Below, piece by piece: positions 14,401 to 27,322 of a stretch of DNA of 64,000 nt. The notes under the pieces were generated by a model. That model was given only the letters and a program-made list of their open reading frames with translations, was not told the DNA's origin and searched no databases. This DNA is from Eledone cirrhosa. Its lineage: Eukaryota. The translations under genes were made by a program, and so were the position numbers. Position 1 is the first letter of the stretch, and each line of letters starts with the position of its first letter. Where the stretch lies: positions 13,578,001-13,642,000 of the forward strand of contig OZ024761.1 of the NCBI GenBank assembly GCA_964016885.1, read 5' to 3'.

Positions 14401-14681
14401 GTTGCTAATGATTACAATATTATATGTCAGTAGCCTGTGCTGGAGTTGGTAATCATACTCTATATAGACTAGTAGTAGTTATTGTTCAACAAGAGGTCAG
14501 CTCTTATTCAGCAAATCTATATATTCACATGACTATCCTATCTTTTTGTATATTAGTCGGAAAAGATGGGCCATTCTTCTCCGTTTAAGACAGCGAGGTA
14601 GATTTGACTGCTATTTCTAGCGGGGTGAGTAACCATATAGAGCACAGATTCTCGAAATTGACGCTACGATCTCTCCGCAAC

Positions 14682-17600
14682 TGCCTGGCACATGACCATG
14701 TATTACAGAGCTCTCCAGTCTCAAATCCTTGGGGGTCCCCTCTCTTTCCTAGTGCCTGGTACATGACCATGTATTACAGAGCTCTCCAGTCTCAAATCCT
14801 TGGGGGTCCCCTCTCTTTCCTAGTGCCTGGTACATGACCATGTATTACAGAGCTCTCCAGTCTCAAATCCTTGGGGGTCCCCTCTCTTTCCTAGTGCCTG
14901 GTACATGACCATGTATTACAGAGCTCTCCAGTCTCAAATCCTTGGGGGTCCCCTCTCTTTCCTAGTGCCTGGTACATGACCATGTATTACAGAGCTCTCC
15001 AGTCTCAAATCCTTGGGGGTCCCCTCTCTTTCCTAGTGCCTGGTACATGACCATGTATTACAGAGCTCTCCAGTCTCAAATCCTTGGGGGTCCCCTCTCT
15101 TTCCTAGTGCCTGGTACATGACCATGTATTACACTGCTCACCAGTCTCAAATCCTTGGGGGTCCCCTCTCTTTCCTAGTGCCTGGTACATGACCATGTAT
15201 TACAGAGCTCTCCAGTCTCAAATCCTTGGGGTCCCCTCTCTATCCTAGTGCCTGGCACATGACCATGTATTACAGAGCTCTCCAGTCTCAAATCCTTGGG
15301 GGTCCCCTCTCTATCCTAGTGCCTGGCACATGACCATGTATTACACTGCTCTCCAGTCTCAAATCCTTGGGGTCCCATCTCTATCCTAGTGCCTGGCACA
15401 TGACCATGTATTACACTGCTCTCCAGTCTCAAATCCTTGGGGTCCCCTCTCTATCCTAGTGCCTGGCACATGACCATGTATTACAGAGCTCTCCAGTCTC
15501 AAATCCTTGGGGGTCCCCTCTCTATCCTAGTGCCTGGCACATGACCATGTATTACACTGCTCTCCAGTCTCAAATCCTTGGGGTCCCCTCTCTATCCTAG
15601 TGCCTGGCACATGACCATGTATTACAGAGCTCTCCAGTCTCAAATCCTTGGGGGTCCCCTCTCTATCCTAGTGCCTGGCACATGACCATGTATTACACTG
15701 CTCTCCAGTCTCAAATCCTTGGGGTCCCCTCTCTATCCTAGTGCCTGGCACATGACCATGTATTACAGAGCTCTCCAGTCTCATATCCTTGGGGGTCCCC
15801 TCTCTTTCCTAGTGCCTGGCACATGACCATGTATTACAGAGCTCTCCAGTCTCAAATCCTTGGGGGTCCCCTCTCTTTCCTAGTGCCTGGCACATGACCA
15901 TGTATTACAGAGCTCTCCAGTCTCAAATCCTTGGGGGTCCCCTCTCTTTCCTAGTGCCTGGCACATGACCATGTATTACAGAGCTCTCCAGTCTCAAATC
16001 CTTGGGGGTCCCCTCTCTTTCCTAGTGCCTGGCACATGACCATGTATTACAGAGCTCTCCAGTCTCAAATCCTTGGGGGTCCCCTCTCTTTCCTAGTGCC
16101 TGGCACATGACCATGTATTACAGAGCTCTCCAGTCTCAAATCCTTGGGGGTCCCCTCTCTTTCCTAGTGCCTGGCACATGACCATGTATTACAGAGCTCT
16201 CCAGTCTCAAATCCTTGGGGGTCCCCTCTCTTTCCTAGTGCCTGGCACATGACCATGTATTACAGAGCTCTCCAGTCTCAAATCCTTGGGGGTCCCCTCT
16301 CTTTCCTAGTGCCTGGCACATGACCATGTATTACAGAGCTCTCCAGTCTCAAATCCTTGGGGGTCCCCTCTCTTTCCTAGTGCCTGGCACATGACCATGT
16401 ATTACAGAGCTCTCCAGTCTCAAATCCTTGGGGGTCCCCTCTCTTTCCTAGTGCCTGGCACATGACCATGTATTACAGAGCTCTCCAGTCTCAAATCCTT
16501 GGGGGTCCCCTCTCTTTCCTAGTGCCTGGCACATGACCATGTATTACAGAGCTCTCCAGTCTCAAATCCTTGGGGGTCCCCTCTCTTTCCTAGTGCCTGG
16601 CACATGACCATGTATTACAGAGCTCTCCAGTCTCAAATCCTTGGGGGTCCCCTCTCTTTCCTAGTGCCTGGCACATGACCATGTATTACAGAGCTCTCCA
16701 GTCTCAAATCCTTGGGGGTCCCCTCTCTTTCCTAGTGCCTGGCACATGACCATGTATTACAGAGCTCTCCAGTCTCAAATCCTTGGGGGTCCCCTCTCTT
16801 TCCTAGTGCCTGGCACATGACCATGTATTACAGAGCTCTCCAGTCTCAAATCCTTGGGGGTCCCCTCTCTTTCCTAGTGCCTGGCACATGACCATGTATT
16901 ACAGAGCTCTCCAGTCTCAAATCCTTGGGGGTCCCCTCTCTATCCTAGTGCCTGGCACATGACCATGTATTACACTGCTCTCCAGTCTCAAATCCTTGGG
17001 GTCCACTCTCTATCCTAGTGCCTGGTACATGACCATGTATTACAGAGCTCTCCAGTCTCAAATCCTTGGGGGTCCCCTCTCTTTCCTAGTGCCTGGTACA
17101 TGACCATGTATTACACTGCTCACCAGTCTCAAATCCTTGGGGGTCCCCTCTCTTTCCTAGTGCCTGGTACATGACCATGTATTACACTGCTCTCCAGTCT
17201 CAAATCCTTGGGGTCCCCTCTCTATCCTAGTGCCTGGCACATGACCATGTATTACACTGCTCACCAGTCTCAAATCCTTGGGGGGTCCCCTCTCTATCCT
17301 AGTGCCTGGCACATGACCATGTATTACACTGCTCTCCAGTCGCAAATCCTTGGGGTCCCCTCTCTATCCTAGTGCCTGGCACATGACCATGTATTACAGA
17401 GCTCACCAGTCTCAAATCCTTGGGGGTCCCCTCTCTTTCCTAGTGCCTGGCACATGACCATGTATTACAGAGCTCTCCAGTCTCAAATCCTTGGGGGTCC
17501 CCTCTCTATCCTAGTGCCTGGCACATGACCATGTATTACACTGCTCTCCAGTCTCAAATCCTTGGGGTCCCCTCTCTATCCTAGTGCCTGGCACATGACC

Positions 17601-20600
17601 ATGTATTACACTGCTCTCCAGTCTCAAATCCTTGGGGTCCCCTCTCTATCCTAGTGCCTGGCACATGACCATGTATTACACTGCTCACCAGTCTCAAATC
17701 CTTGGGGGGTCCCCTCTCTATCCTAGTGCCTGGCACATGACCATGTATTACACTGCTCACCAGTCTCAAATCCTTGGGGGGTCCCCTCTCTTTCCTAGTG
17801 CCTGGCACATGACCATGTATTACAGAACTCTCCAGTCTCAAATCCTTGGGGGTCCCCTCTCTATCCTAGTGCCTGGCACATGACCATGTATTACACTACT
17901 CACCAGTCTCAAATCCTTGGGGGTCCCCTCTCTTTCCTAGTGCCTGGCAGATGACCATGTATTACAGAGCTCTCCAGTCTCAAATCCTTGGGGGTCCCCT
18001 CTCTATCCTAGTGCCTGGCACATGACCATGTATTACACTACTCACCAGTCTCAAATCCTTGGGGGTCCCCTCTCTTTCCTAGTGCCTGGTACATGACCAT
18101 GTATTACAGAGCTCTCCAGTCTCAAATCCTTGGGGGTCCCCTCTCTATCCTAGTGCCTGGCACATGACCATGTATTACACTGCTCACCAGTCTCAAATCC
18201 TTGGGGTCCCCTCTCTATCCTAGTGCCTGGCACATGACCATGTATTACAGAGCTCTCCAGTCTCAAATCCTTGGGGGTCCCCTCTCTATCCTAGTGCCTG
18301 ACACATGACCATGTATTACAGAGCTCTCCAGTCTCAAATCCTTGGGGGTCCCCTCTCTATCCTAATGCCTGGCACATGACCATGTATTACAGAGCTCTCC
18401 AGTCTCAAATCCTTGGGGGTCCCCTCTCTATCCTAGTGCCTGGCACATGACCATGTATTACAGAGCTCTCCAGTCTCAAATCCTTGGGGGTCCCCTCTCT
18501 ATCCTAGTGCCTGGCACATGACCATGTATTACAGAGCTCTCCAGTCTCAAATCCTTGGGGTCCCCTCTCTATCCTAGTGCCTGGCACATGACCATGTATT
18601 ACAGAGCTCTCCAATCTCAAATCCTTGGGGGTCCCCTCTCTATCCTAGTGCCTGGCACATGACCATGTATTACAGAGCTCTCCAGTCTCAAATCCTTGGG
18701 GGTCCCCTCTCTATCCTAGTGCCTGGCACATGACCATGTATTACAGAGCTCTCCAGTCTCAAATCCTTGGGGTCCCCTCTCTATCCTAGTGCCTGGCACA
18801 TGACCATGTATTACAGAGCTCTCCAGTCTCAAATCCTTGGGGTCCCCTCTCTTTCCTAGTGCCTGGCACATGACCATGTATTACAGAGCTCTCCAGTCTC
18901 AAATCCTTGGGGGTCCCCTCTCTTTCCTAGTGCCTGGCACATGACCATGTATTACAGAGCTCTCCAGTCTCAAATCCTTGGGGGTCCCCTCTCTTTCCTA
19001 GTGCCTGGCACATGACCATGTATTACACTACTCACCAGTCTCAAATCCTTGGGGGTCCCCTCTCTATCCTAGTGCCTGGTACATGACCATGTATTACACT
19101 ACTCACCAGTCTCAAATCCTTGGGGGTCCCCTCTCTATCCTAGTGCCTGGTACATGACCATGTATTACACTGCTCACCAGTCTCAAATCCTTGGGGGTCC
19201 CCTCTCTATCCTAGTGCCTGGCACATGACCATGTATTACAGAGCTCTCCAGTCTCAAATCCTTGGGGTCCCCTCTCTATCCTAGTGCCTGGCACATGACC
19301 ATGTATTACAGAGCTCTCCAGTCTCAAATCCTTGGGGGTCCCCTCTCTATCCTAGTGCCTGGCACATGACCATGTATTACAGAGCTCTCCAGTCTCAAAT
19401 CCTTGGGAGTCCCCTCTCTATCCTAGTGCCTGGCACATGACCATGTATTACAGAGCTCTCCAGTCTCAAATCCTTGGGGTCCCCTCTCTATCCTAGTGCC
19501 TGGCACATGACCATGTATTACAGAGCTCTCCAGTCTCAAATCCTTGGGGTCCCCTCTCTTTCCTAGTGCCTGGCACATGACCATGTATTACAGAGCTCTC
19601 CAGTCTCAAATCCTTGGGGGTCCCCTCTCTTTCCTAGTGCCTGGCACATGACCATGTATTACAGAGCTCTCCAGTCTCAAATCCTTGGGGGTCCCCTCTC
19701 TATCCTAGTGCCTGGCACATGACCATGTATTACAGAGCTCTCCAGTCTCAAATCCTTGGGGTCCCCTCTCTATCCTAGTGCCTGGCACATGACCATGTAT
19801 TACAGAGCTCTCCAGTCTCAAATCCTTGGGGGTCCCCTCTCTATCCTAGTGCCTGGCACATGACCATGTATTACAGAGCTCTCCAGTCTCAAATCCTTGG
19901 GGGTCCCCTCTCTATCCTAGTGCCTGGCACATGACCATGTATTACAGAGCTCTCCAGTCTCAAATCCTTGGGGTCCCCTCTCTATCCTAGTGCCTGGCAC
20001 ATGACCATGTATTACAGAGCTCTCCAGTCTCAAATCCTTGGGGTCCCCTCTCTTTCCTAGTGCCTGGCACATGACCATGTATTACAGAGCTCTCCAGTCT
20101 CAAATCCTTGGGGGTCCCCTCTCTTTCCTAGTGCCTGGCACATGACCATGTATTACAGAGCTCTCCAGTCTCAAATCCTTGGGGGTCCCCTCTCTTTCCT
20201 AGTGCCTGGCACATGACCATGTATTACACTACTCACCAGTCTCAAATCCTTGGGGGTCCCCTCTCTATCCTAGTGCCTGGTACATGACCATGTATTACAC
20301 TACTCACCAGTCTCAAATCCTTGGGGGTCCCCTCTCTATCCTAGTGCCTGGTACATGACCATGTATTACACTGCTCACCAGTCTCAAATCCTTGGGGGTC
20401 CCCTCTCTATCCTAGTGCCTGGCACATGACCATGTATTACAGAGCTCTCCAGTCTCAAATCCTTGGGGGTCCCCTCTCTATCCTAGTGCCTGGCACATGA
20501 CCATGTATTACAGAGCTCTCCAGTCTCAAATCCTTGGGAGTCCCCTCTCTATCCTAGTGCCTGGCACATGACCATGTATTACAGAGCTCTCCAGTCTCAA

Positions 20601-21103
20601 ATCCTTGGGGTCCCCTCTCTATCCTAGTGCCTGGCACATGACCATGTATTACAGAGCTCTCCAGTCTCAAATCCTTGGGGTCCCCTCTCTTTCCTAGTGC
20701 CTGGCACATGACCATGTATTACAGAGCTCTCCAGTCTCAAATCCTTGGGGGTCCCCTCTCTTTCCTAGTGCCTGGCACATGACCATGTATTACAGAGCTC
20801 TCCAGTCTCAAATCCTTGGGGGTCCCCTCTCTTTCCTAGTGCCTGGCACATGACCATGTATTACACTACTCACCAGTCTCAAATCCTTGGGGGTCCCCTC
20901 TCTATCCTAGTGCCTGGTACATGACCATGTATTACACTACTCACCAGTCTCAAATCCTTGGGGGTCCCCTCTCTATCCTAGTGCCTGGTACATGACCATG
21001 TATTACACTGCTCACCAGTCTCAAATCCTTGGGGGTCCCCTCTCTTTCCTAGTGCCTGGTACATGACCATGTATTACAGAGCTCTCCAGTCTCAAATCCT
21101 TGG
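14682..21103. repeat. 71-bp (70-72) tandem satellite, about 90 copies
   Basis: Unit tgcctggcacatgaccatgtattacagagctctccagtctcaaatccttgggggtcccctctctttcctag. Length varies in the G4-G6 run. No spacers. Confidence 0.99.
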
Positions 21104-21329
21104 AGTGTCTCACTACATGTCCCTGATACTTCAACTTGCAATCTTATGCTATCTTTAGCCCTTTAGCATTTACATTACTCTATATATACTATTATATTTT
21201 CACATAATATCGAATCTGTGAGATTTTGAAAGTATTTATTTTGAGAACAATACCTTAGCATCAGTTTAAGTGACCAGTTACAGCCAGTTTCAACCGAAAA
21301 AGGGTTAGCAGGATTTCTACACACATAAA

Positions 21330-21461
21330 GTTTTTTCTTCTTTTTTTTTAAAAAAAACAAACAATGTATATAAACATAATTCTTACCTTGGTTAAAATTC
21401 TCCCTCTTGTAATAAAAATTTCTTCCCGAAGAGTCAAATACCTTCCATTTGAGAACCATTG
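21330..21461. mobile_element. hAT-type element terminus
   Basis: Ends tttgagaaccattg, the reverse of a CA(G/A)TGGTTCTCAA hAT TIR. A second hAT-like end cagcgtttctcaacc lies at 22206. Confidence 0.45.
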
Positions 21462-21549
21462 GTATAACATGCGTGAAGTTGGAGTGGTTGTTACAGCAGG
21501 GGTGTCATTGGCCATTCTTTGTGGCAATGCTTTCACCATCTTCTCTGCA

Positions 21550-22072
21550 GGGAACAGCTGAATCACCACTCAGACTGGGGTGTAAAGTCTGTTTTCAGGA
21601 CACAGCTGATCCACTACTCAGACTGGAGTGTAAAGTCTGTCTACAGGGCACAGCTGATCCACTACTCAGACTGGGGTCTAGAGTCTGTCTACAGAGGACA
21701 GCTGATCCACAGCTCAGACTGGGGTATAAAGTCTGTCTACAGAGGACAGCTGATCCACCGCTCAGACTGGGGTCTAGAGTCTGTCTACAGAGGACAGCTG
21801 ATCCACTGCTCAGACTGGGGTCTAGAGTCTGTCTACAGAGGACAGCTGATCCACCGCTCAGACTGGGGTCTAGAGTCTGTCTACAGAGGACAGCTGATCC
21901 ACCGCTCAGACTGGGGTCTAGAGTCTGTCTACAGAGGACAGCTGATCCACCGCTCAGACTGGGGTCTAGAGTCTGTCTACAGAGGACAGCTGATCCACCG
22001 CTCAGACTGGGGTCAACAGTCTGTCCACAGGGCACAGCTGAATCACCGCTCAGACTGGGGTGTAAAGTCTGT
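21550..22072. repeat. 48-bp minisatellite, about 11 copies
   Basis: Unit cagctgatccaccgctcagactggggtctagagtctgtctacagagga, with diverged edge copies. Confidence 0.97.
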
Positions 22073-22305
22073 CCCTCCCTTTCCTTCATTGTTTAATTAA
22101 CATCTGGTCGGGCTGGATAAAACATTAAGATGCCTTTCTATATATTTCTCATTCATTACTGAACCATTCTAGAATCTTCAGAGCTTTCACTCTCAGTATC
22201 TTGACCAGCGTTTCTCAACCTTTTTACCCTTGTGGAACCCTTGAAATAATTTTCATGTCTCAGGGAACCCCTGCATAAAAATTATTATAATATACCATTA
22301 TTAAT

Positions 22306-22487
22306 TGGCAGTATCGGTAGAGGGTCTGACATGCTTTCCAGCATAGAGTTACGTCCCTATATGATCTGAGTTCAAATCCCTCTAAGGTTAACTTTGCCTT
22401 TCATCCGTACGGGGGTCGATAAAATAAAGTACCAGTAATGTACTGGGTATTTGCTGGCCTTGTGCCAAAAGTAGGAACAATTATTAA
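22306..22487 (+). mobile_element. tRNA-related SINE
   Basis: tggcagtatcggtagag head, gagttcaaatcc B box, ctttgcctttcatcc core, aacaattatt tail. Confidence 0.8.
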
Positions 22488-22848
22488 TATCTATTTTTTC
22501 ACTTTCTCTATATTTACTATCATATTTTCACAGTAATATTGAATCTATGAGATTTTGATATTATTTATTTTGAGAACAATACCTTAATAACATTAAGAGG
22601 GGCCAGTTACGGCCAGTTTGAACAGAAAGAGGTGAAAAAATTCTGGCTGGATATGACTGGTTTAAATGCTAAAGGTTATATATTAATAATATTAAAATCT
22701 CATAGATTCAATATGAGATAAAGTGTTTACCGTGAAAATACAATAGTATATATAATTGTTTCTATTTTTAGCACAAGGTCAGCAATTATCCTAGTGTATT
22801 ACTGGTCCTTTATTTTATCAACCCCATAAGGAGGAAAGGCAAAGTTAA

Positions 22849-23069
22849 CCCTTTAGCATTCAAACCGGACGTATCCGGCCAGAAATGTCTGACCGCTTTC
22901 TCTTCAAATCGGCTGGAACTGACCACTCATACTGATGTTAAGGTATTGTTCTCAAGATAAATAACATCAAAATCTCATAGATTCGAGATTATGTGAGATA
23001 ATTATGTAAGATAAAGTGTTTACTACCAAAATGTAATAGTATATCTAGAGTAATGTGAATGCTAATGGG
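22849..23069. mobile_element. piggyBac-type MITE
   Basis: TTAA|CCCTTTAGCATT ... AATGCTAATGGG|TTAA termini. The family also occurs at 21157, 22500-22677, 27126, 27705, 28144, 40160, 50229 and 51661. Confidence 0.88.
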
Positions 23070-23951
23070 TTAACCCCCCCTCCCACGTATTAAATACTTT
23101 TCCCACTAACAAACGTTATAACTATTTGTATACATTAAAAAAAACACCACATATTAAACACCTTCCTCACTAACCACCATCTTAAACTATTTATTTATTG
23201 TTGGTCCTGTGACGTGTACCAATTATGAAATTATGTCAGTTATAAAGAATTCTATATTTTCCATGTCATCAAATATATACAATACTATATATACATTCCT
23301 GAATATTTTTATTTCCCTTAAGTTAAGTAAGTTGTCAGCTTTACGAGGAAAAACCTGTCTTGGCGATGACATAATAATAGTTTCTATTTTTAGCACAAGG
23401 TCAGCAAATACCCTAGTGTATTACTGGTACTTTATTTTATCGTCCGCCGTGGTTTCTACTTTAGGCGGCATAAGCTCAATAATTTGGGGAGAGGAGAAAG
23501 TTGATTAAATTGACCCCAGTACATTACTGTCACTTTAATTTATAGATCACTTAAGGATGAAAAGCAAAGCTAACTTTGGAGGGATTTGAACTCAGAACGT
23601 AAAGGGCTGTAAATATATGTTAGAAAGTATAGGTGATTATCCCAGTTTCCATGGTGTGGAGTGACTGAGAGGTCAAGAATACCCACCTGGACAGGATGCC
23701 AGTCCATCGCAGGGTTAAAGTCTCTCACAAGCCTGGATGCTTATCAAACCAGTAATTATCCTAGTTTACATGGCATGAAGCAACTGAGAGTACAAGACCT
23801 GCCTCACCACTGGACAGGACACCAGTCAATCACAGGGTTAAACCCCCAGCTATTACTGGTACTCATTTTCAGCTGAGTATACTGGAGCAACATGAAACGA
23901 AGTGTTTTTTGTTTTGCTCAAAAACACAATACAACACACAACCCAGTCCAG

Positions 23952-24008
<57 letters not shown>

Positions 24009-24053
24009 TTATATATATATATATATATATACATATATTATATATATATATAC

Positions 24054-24091
<38 letters not shown>

Positions 24092-24122
24092 TTATATATA
24101 TATATATACATATATTATATAT

Positions 24123-24170
<48 letters not shown>

Positions 24171-24178
24171 TTATATAT

Positions 24179-24223
<45 letters not shown>

Positions 24224-24468
24224 TATATATATACATATATATATCATATATATATATACATATATATATACATATATTATATATATATACATATATTATA
24301 TATATCATAGAGCTAATTATTATGCTGCCAATACCTTAATGGGACACGGGTATATAATACCTAACTCCTATTAACCTAAGTATATATATATATATATTAT
24401 ATATATACATATATTATATATATATACATATATTATATATATCATATATATATACATATATTATATAT

Positions 24469-24516
<48 letters not shown>

Positions 24517-24900
24517 TTATATATATATATATACATATATTATATATATCATATATATATACATATATTATATATATCTTATATATATCATATATATATA
24601 TAATCACCGCTACCGTCCATTTTCCATGCTAGGATGGGTTAGACGTGTTTACCCATTGTGAAACAAGCCAAATTGGATGACCATGTCTGGCTCATACCGA
24701 ACTGATTTGGGCTTGGTCTCTATATCTACTTGCACTTCCTAATACCAACCACATTTACAGTGTGTACAGGATGCTTTCTAAGGTGACACCAACACAATCA
24801 CTTTACAGCGTGGGCCTGGCATGTGTATATCTATATATATCATCTTTAGGTTATGGGTATTCGAGGCCATTATCGGTACGTATCTATCTATATATATATA

Positions 24901-25296
24901 TATTTAATATAGAACGGCTTCTACAGGACTAGAACTGTTTCATTCCGGAGAAATCATCAGGAAGCCCTGTAGAAGCCGTTCTATATATATATATTTAATA
25001 TAGAACGGCTTCTACAGGACTAGAACTGTTTCATTCCGGAGAAATCATCAGGAAGCCCTGTAGAAGCCGTTCTATATATATATATTTAATATAGAACGGC
25101 TTCTACAGGACTAGAACTGTTTCATTCCGGAGAAATCATCAGGAAGCCCTGTAGAAGCCGTTCTATATATATATATTTAATATAGAACGGCTTCTACAGG
25201 ACTAGAACTGTTTCATTCCGGAGAAATCACCAGGAAGCCCTGTAGAAGCCGTTCTATATATATATATATTTAATATAGAACGGCTTCTACAGGACT
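24901..25296 (-). repeat. Tandem array of 91-bp units, each carrying an antisense type I hammerhead ribozyme motif
   Basis: Units start at 24901, 24992, 25083 and 25174, with a partial unit at 25267. Minus strand of each: GGCTTC CTGATGA TTTC TCCG GAAT GAAA CAG TTCTAGTC CTG TA GAAGCC. The fourth unit has CTGGTGA (core mutated). Confidence 0.85.
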
Positions 25297-25311
25297 CAGA
25301 AAGGCCAGGGC

Positions 25312-25366
25312 AGGGCTTCCTGATGATTTCTCCGGAATGAAACAGTTCTAGTCCTGTAGAAGCCTT
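25312..25366 (+). ncRNA. Type I hammerhead ribozyme motif (predicted cleavage after GUA, 25358)
   Basis: Stem I AGGGCTTC/GAAGCCTT (8 bp, one G-U). Core CTGATGA at 25320-25326. Stem II TTC-TCCG-GAA with a U-U closing mismatch. GAAA at 25339-25342. Stem III ACAG-ttctagtc-CTGT, H17=A. Confidence 0.8.
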
Positions 25367-25447
25367 TCTATATTAAATATTTATACTCTGCTTTGTATTG
25401 AGTACCTTACTTACTGTGGTTACCCCCGATTGAACCCAGGATAAACT

Positions 25448-25509
<62 letters not shown>

Positions 25510-25619
25510 TGTGTGTATAGTAATTAGTAAAATACCTGAAGATTATCTATCTGAAATACAAAACCTCAATTCTTAATATATGGCACACTATAAATGTTGT
25601 ATGTAAAATGGAGTTGTGA

Positions 25620-25743
25620 CTAGTAGTGGTAGTTGTAGCACAGGTTATAGTAGTAGTAGTAGTAGTGGTAGTAGTAGTGGTAGTTGTAGCACAGGTTATA
25701 GTAGTAGTAGTAGTAGTGGTAGTAGTGGTTGTAGCACAGGTTA

Positions 25744-25776
<33 letters not shown>

Positions 25777-25821
25777 TAGTTGTAGCACAGGTTATAGTAG
25801 TAGTAGTTGTAGCACAGGTTA

Positions 25822-25858
<37 letters not shown>

Positions 25859-26870
25859 TGTAGCACAGGTTATAGTAGTAGTAGTAGTAGTAGTAGTGGT
25901 AGTTGTAGCACAGGTTATAGTAGTAGTAGTAGTAGTAGTAGTTGTAGCACAGGTTATAGTAGTAGTAGTAGTAGTAGTAGTTGTAGCACAGGTTATAGTA
26001 GTAGTAGTAGTAGTTGTAGCACAGGTTATAGTAGTAGTAGTAGTTGTAGCACAGGTTATAGTAGTAGTAGTAGTTGTAGCACAGGTTATAGTAGTAGTAG
26101 TAGTAGTAGTAGTAGTTGTAGCACAGGTTATAGTAGTAGTAGTAGTAGTAGTAGTTGTAGCACAGGTTATAGTAGTAGTAGTGGTAGTTGTAGCACAGGT
26201 AATAGTAGTAGTAGTGGTAGTAGTTGTAGCACAGGTAATAGTAGTAGTAGTAGTAGTTGTAGCACAGGTAATAGTAGTAGTAGTGGTAGTAGTTGTAGCA
26301 CAGGTAATAGTAGTAGTAGTAGTAGTGGTAGCACAGGTAATAGTAGTAGTAGTAATAGTAGTAGTAGTTGTAGCACAGGTAATAGTAGTAGTAGTAATAG
26401 TAGTAGTAGTTGTAGCACAGGTAATAGTAGTAGTAGTGGTAGTGGTAGTTGTAGCACAGGTAATAGTAGTAGTAGTGGTAGTGGTAGTTGTAGCACAGGT
26501 AATAGTAGTAGTAGTGGTAGTGGTAGTTGTAGCACAGGTAATAGTAGTAGTAGTAATAGTAGTAGTAGTGGTAGCACAGGTAATAGTCATAATAGTAGTA
26601 GTAGTGGTAGTTGTAGCACAGGTAATAGTAATAGTAGTAGTAGTGGTAGCACAGGTAATAGTAATAGTAGTAATAGTAGTAGCACAGGTAATAGTCATAA
26701 TAGTAGTAGTAGTAGTGGTAGTGGTAGTTGTAGCACAGGTAATATTAATAGTAGTAGTAGTGGTGGTGGTTGCTGTAGGAGTGGTAGTAGTAGTGGTGGT
26801 GGTTGCTGTAGGAGTGGTAGTTTTGTGGTGGTGGTTGCTGTAGGAGTGGTAGTTTTGTGGTGGTGGTGAG
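25620..26870. repeat. Compound minisatellite: TGTAGCACAGGTWA anchor plus variable (TAG)n
   Basis: Repeated tgtagcacaggttata/ggtaata separated by variable numbers of tag triplets. Confidence 0.97.
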
Positions 26871-27125
26871 AGGAGAGGCTGGCTAGTCATATTTGTTGGC
26901 ACCATAGAGAGACACAATGGATGTATTGTGATAAGAGTACGTCATAACTTGTCACTCAGGTGACAAGACACTCACCTATGTCTACAGCATTAACTCCTCA
27001 CATATGGAGATCACACACCCACATTTATATCTTTTTTCTCTAAATAAAATGTTTTCCATTTCCATCCTGCCCCTTCTCCTGTCTTTCTCTTTCTTCTGAT
27101 GAAGGACTAGCATCCAAAACGTTAA

Positions 27126-27322
27126 CCCTTTAATGTTCAGACCGACCAAAACTGGCCAGAATTCTCTACCTTTTTCTATTGAAACTGGCCACTCAAACAG
27201 ATGTTAAGGTATTGTTCTCAAAATAAATACTTTCAAAATCTCATAGATTCGATATTATGTGAGATAAAGCATTTACCATGAAAATATAATAGGATATATA
27301 GAGTAATGTGAATGCTAAAGGG
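27126..27322. mobile_element. piggyBac-type MITE
   Basis: TTAA duplication at 27122-27125 and 27323-27326, with CCCTTTA...TAAAGGG termini. Confidence 0.88.

Noticed and set aside
14682-21103. CRISPR-like array
   Set aside because: Units are contiguous with no unique spacers, there are no cas genes, and the context is eukaryotic.
21348-22100. Possible minus-strand exon with GTAAGA donor at about 21386 and a 16-aa repeat ORF
   Set aside because: The repeat frame has stops, the donor region overlaps a hAT-like terminus, and no protein similarity or partner exons were recognised.
25620-26750. Constant anchor with variable spacers (CRISPR-like), or a mucin-like ORF
   Set aside because: The spacers are only (TAG)n of differing length, so this is a compound microsatellite.
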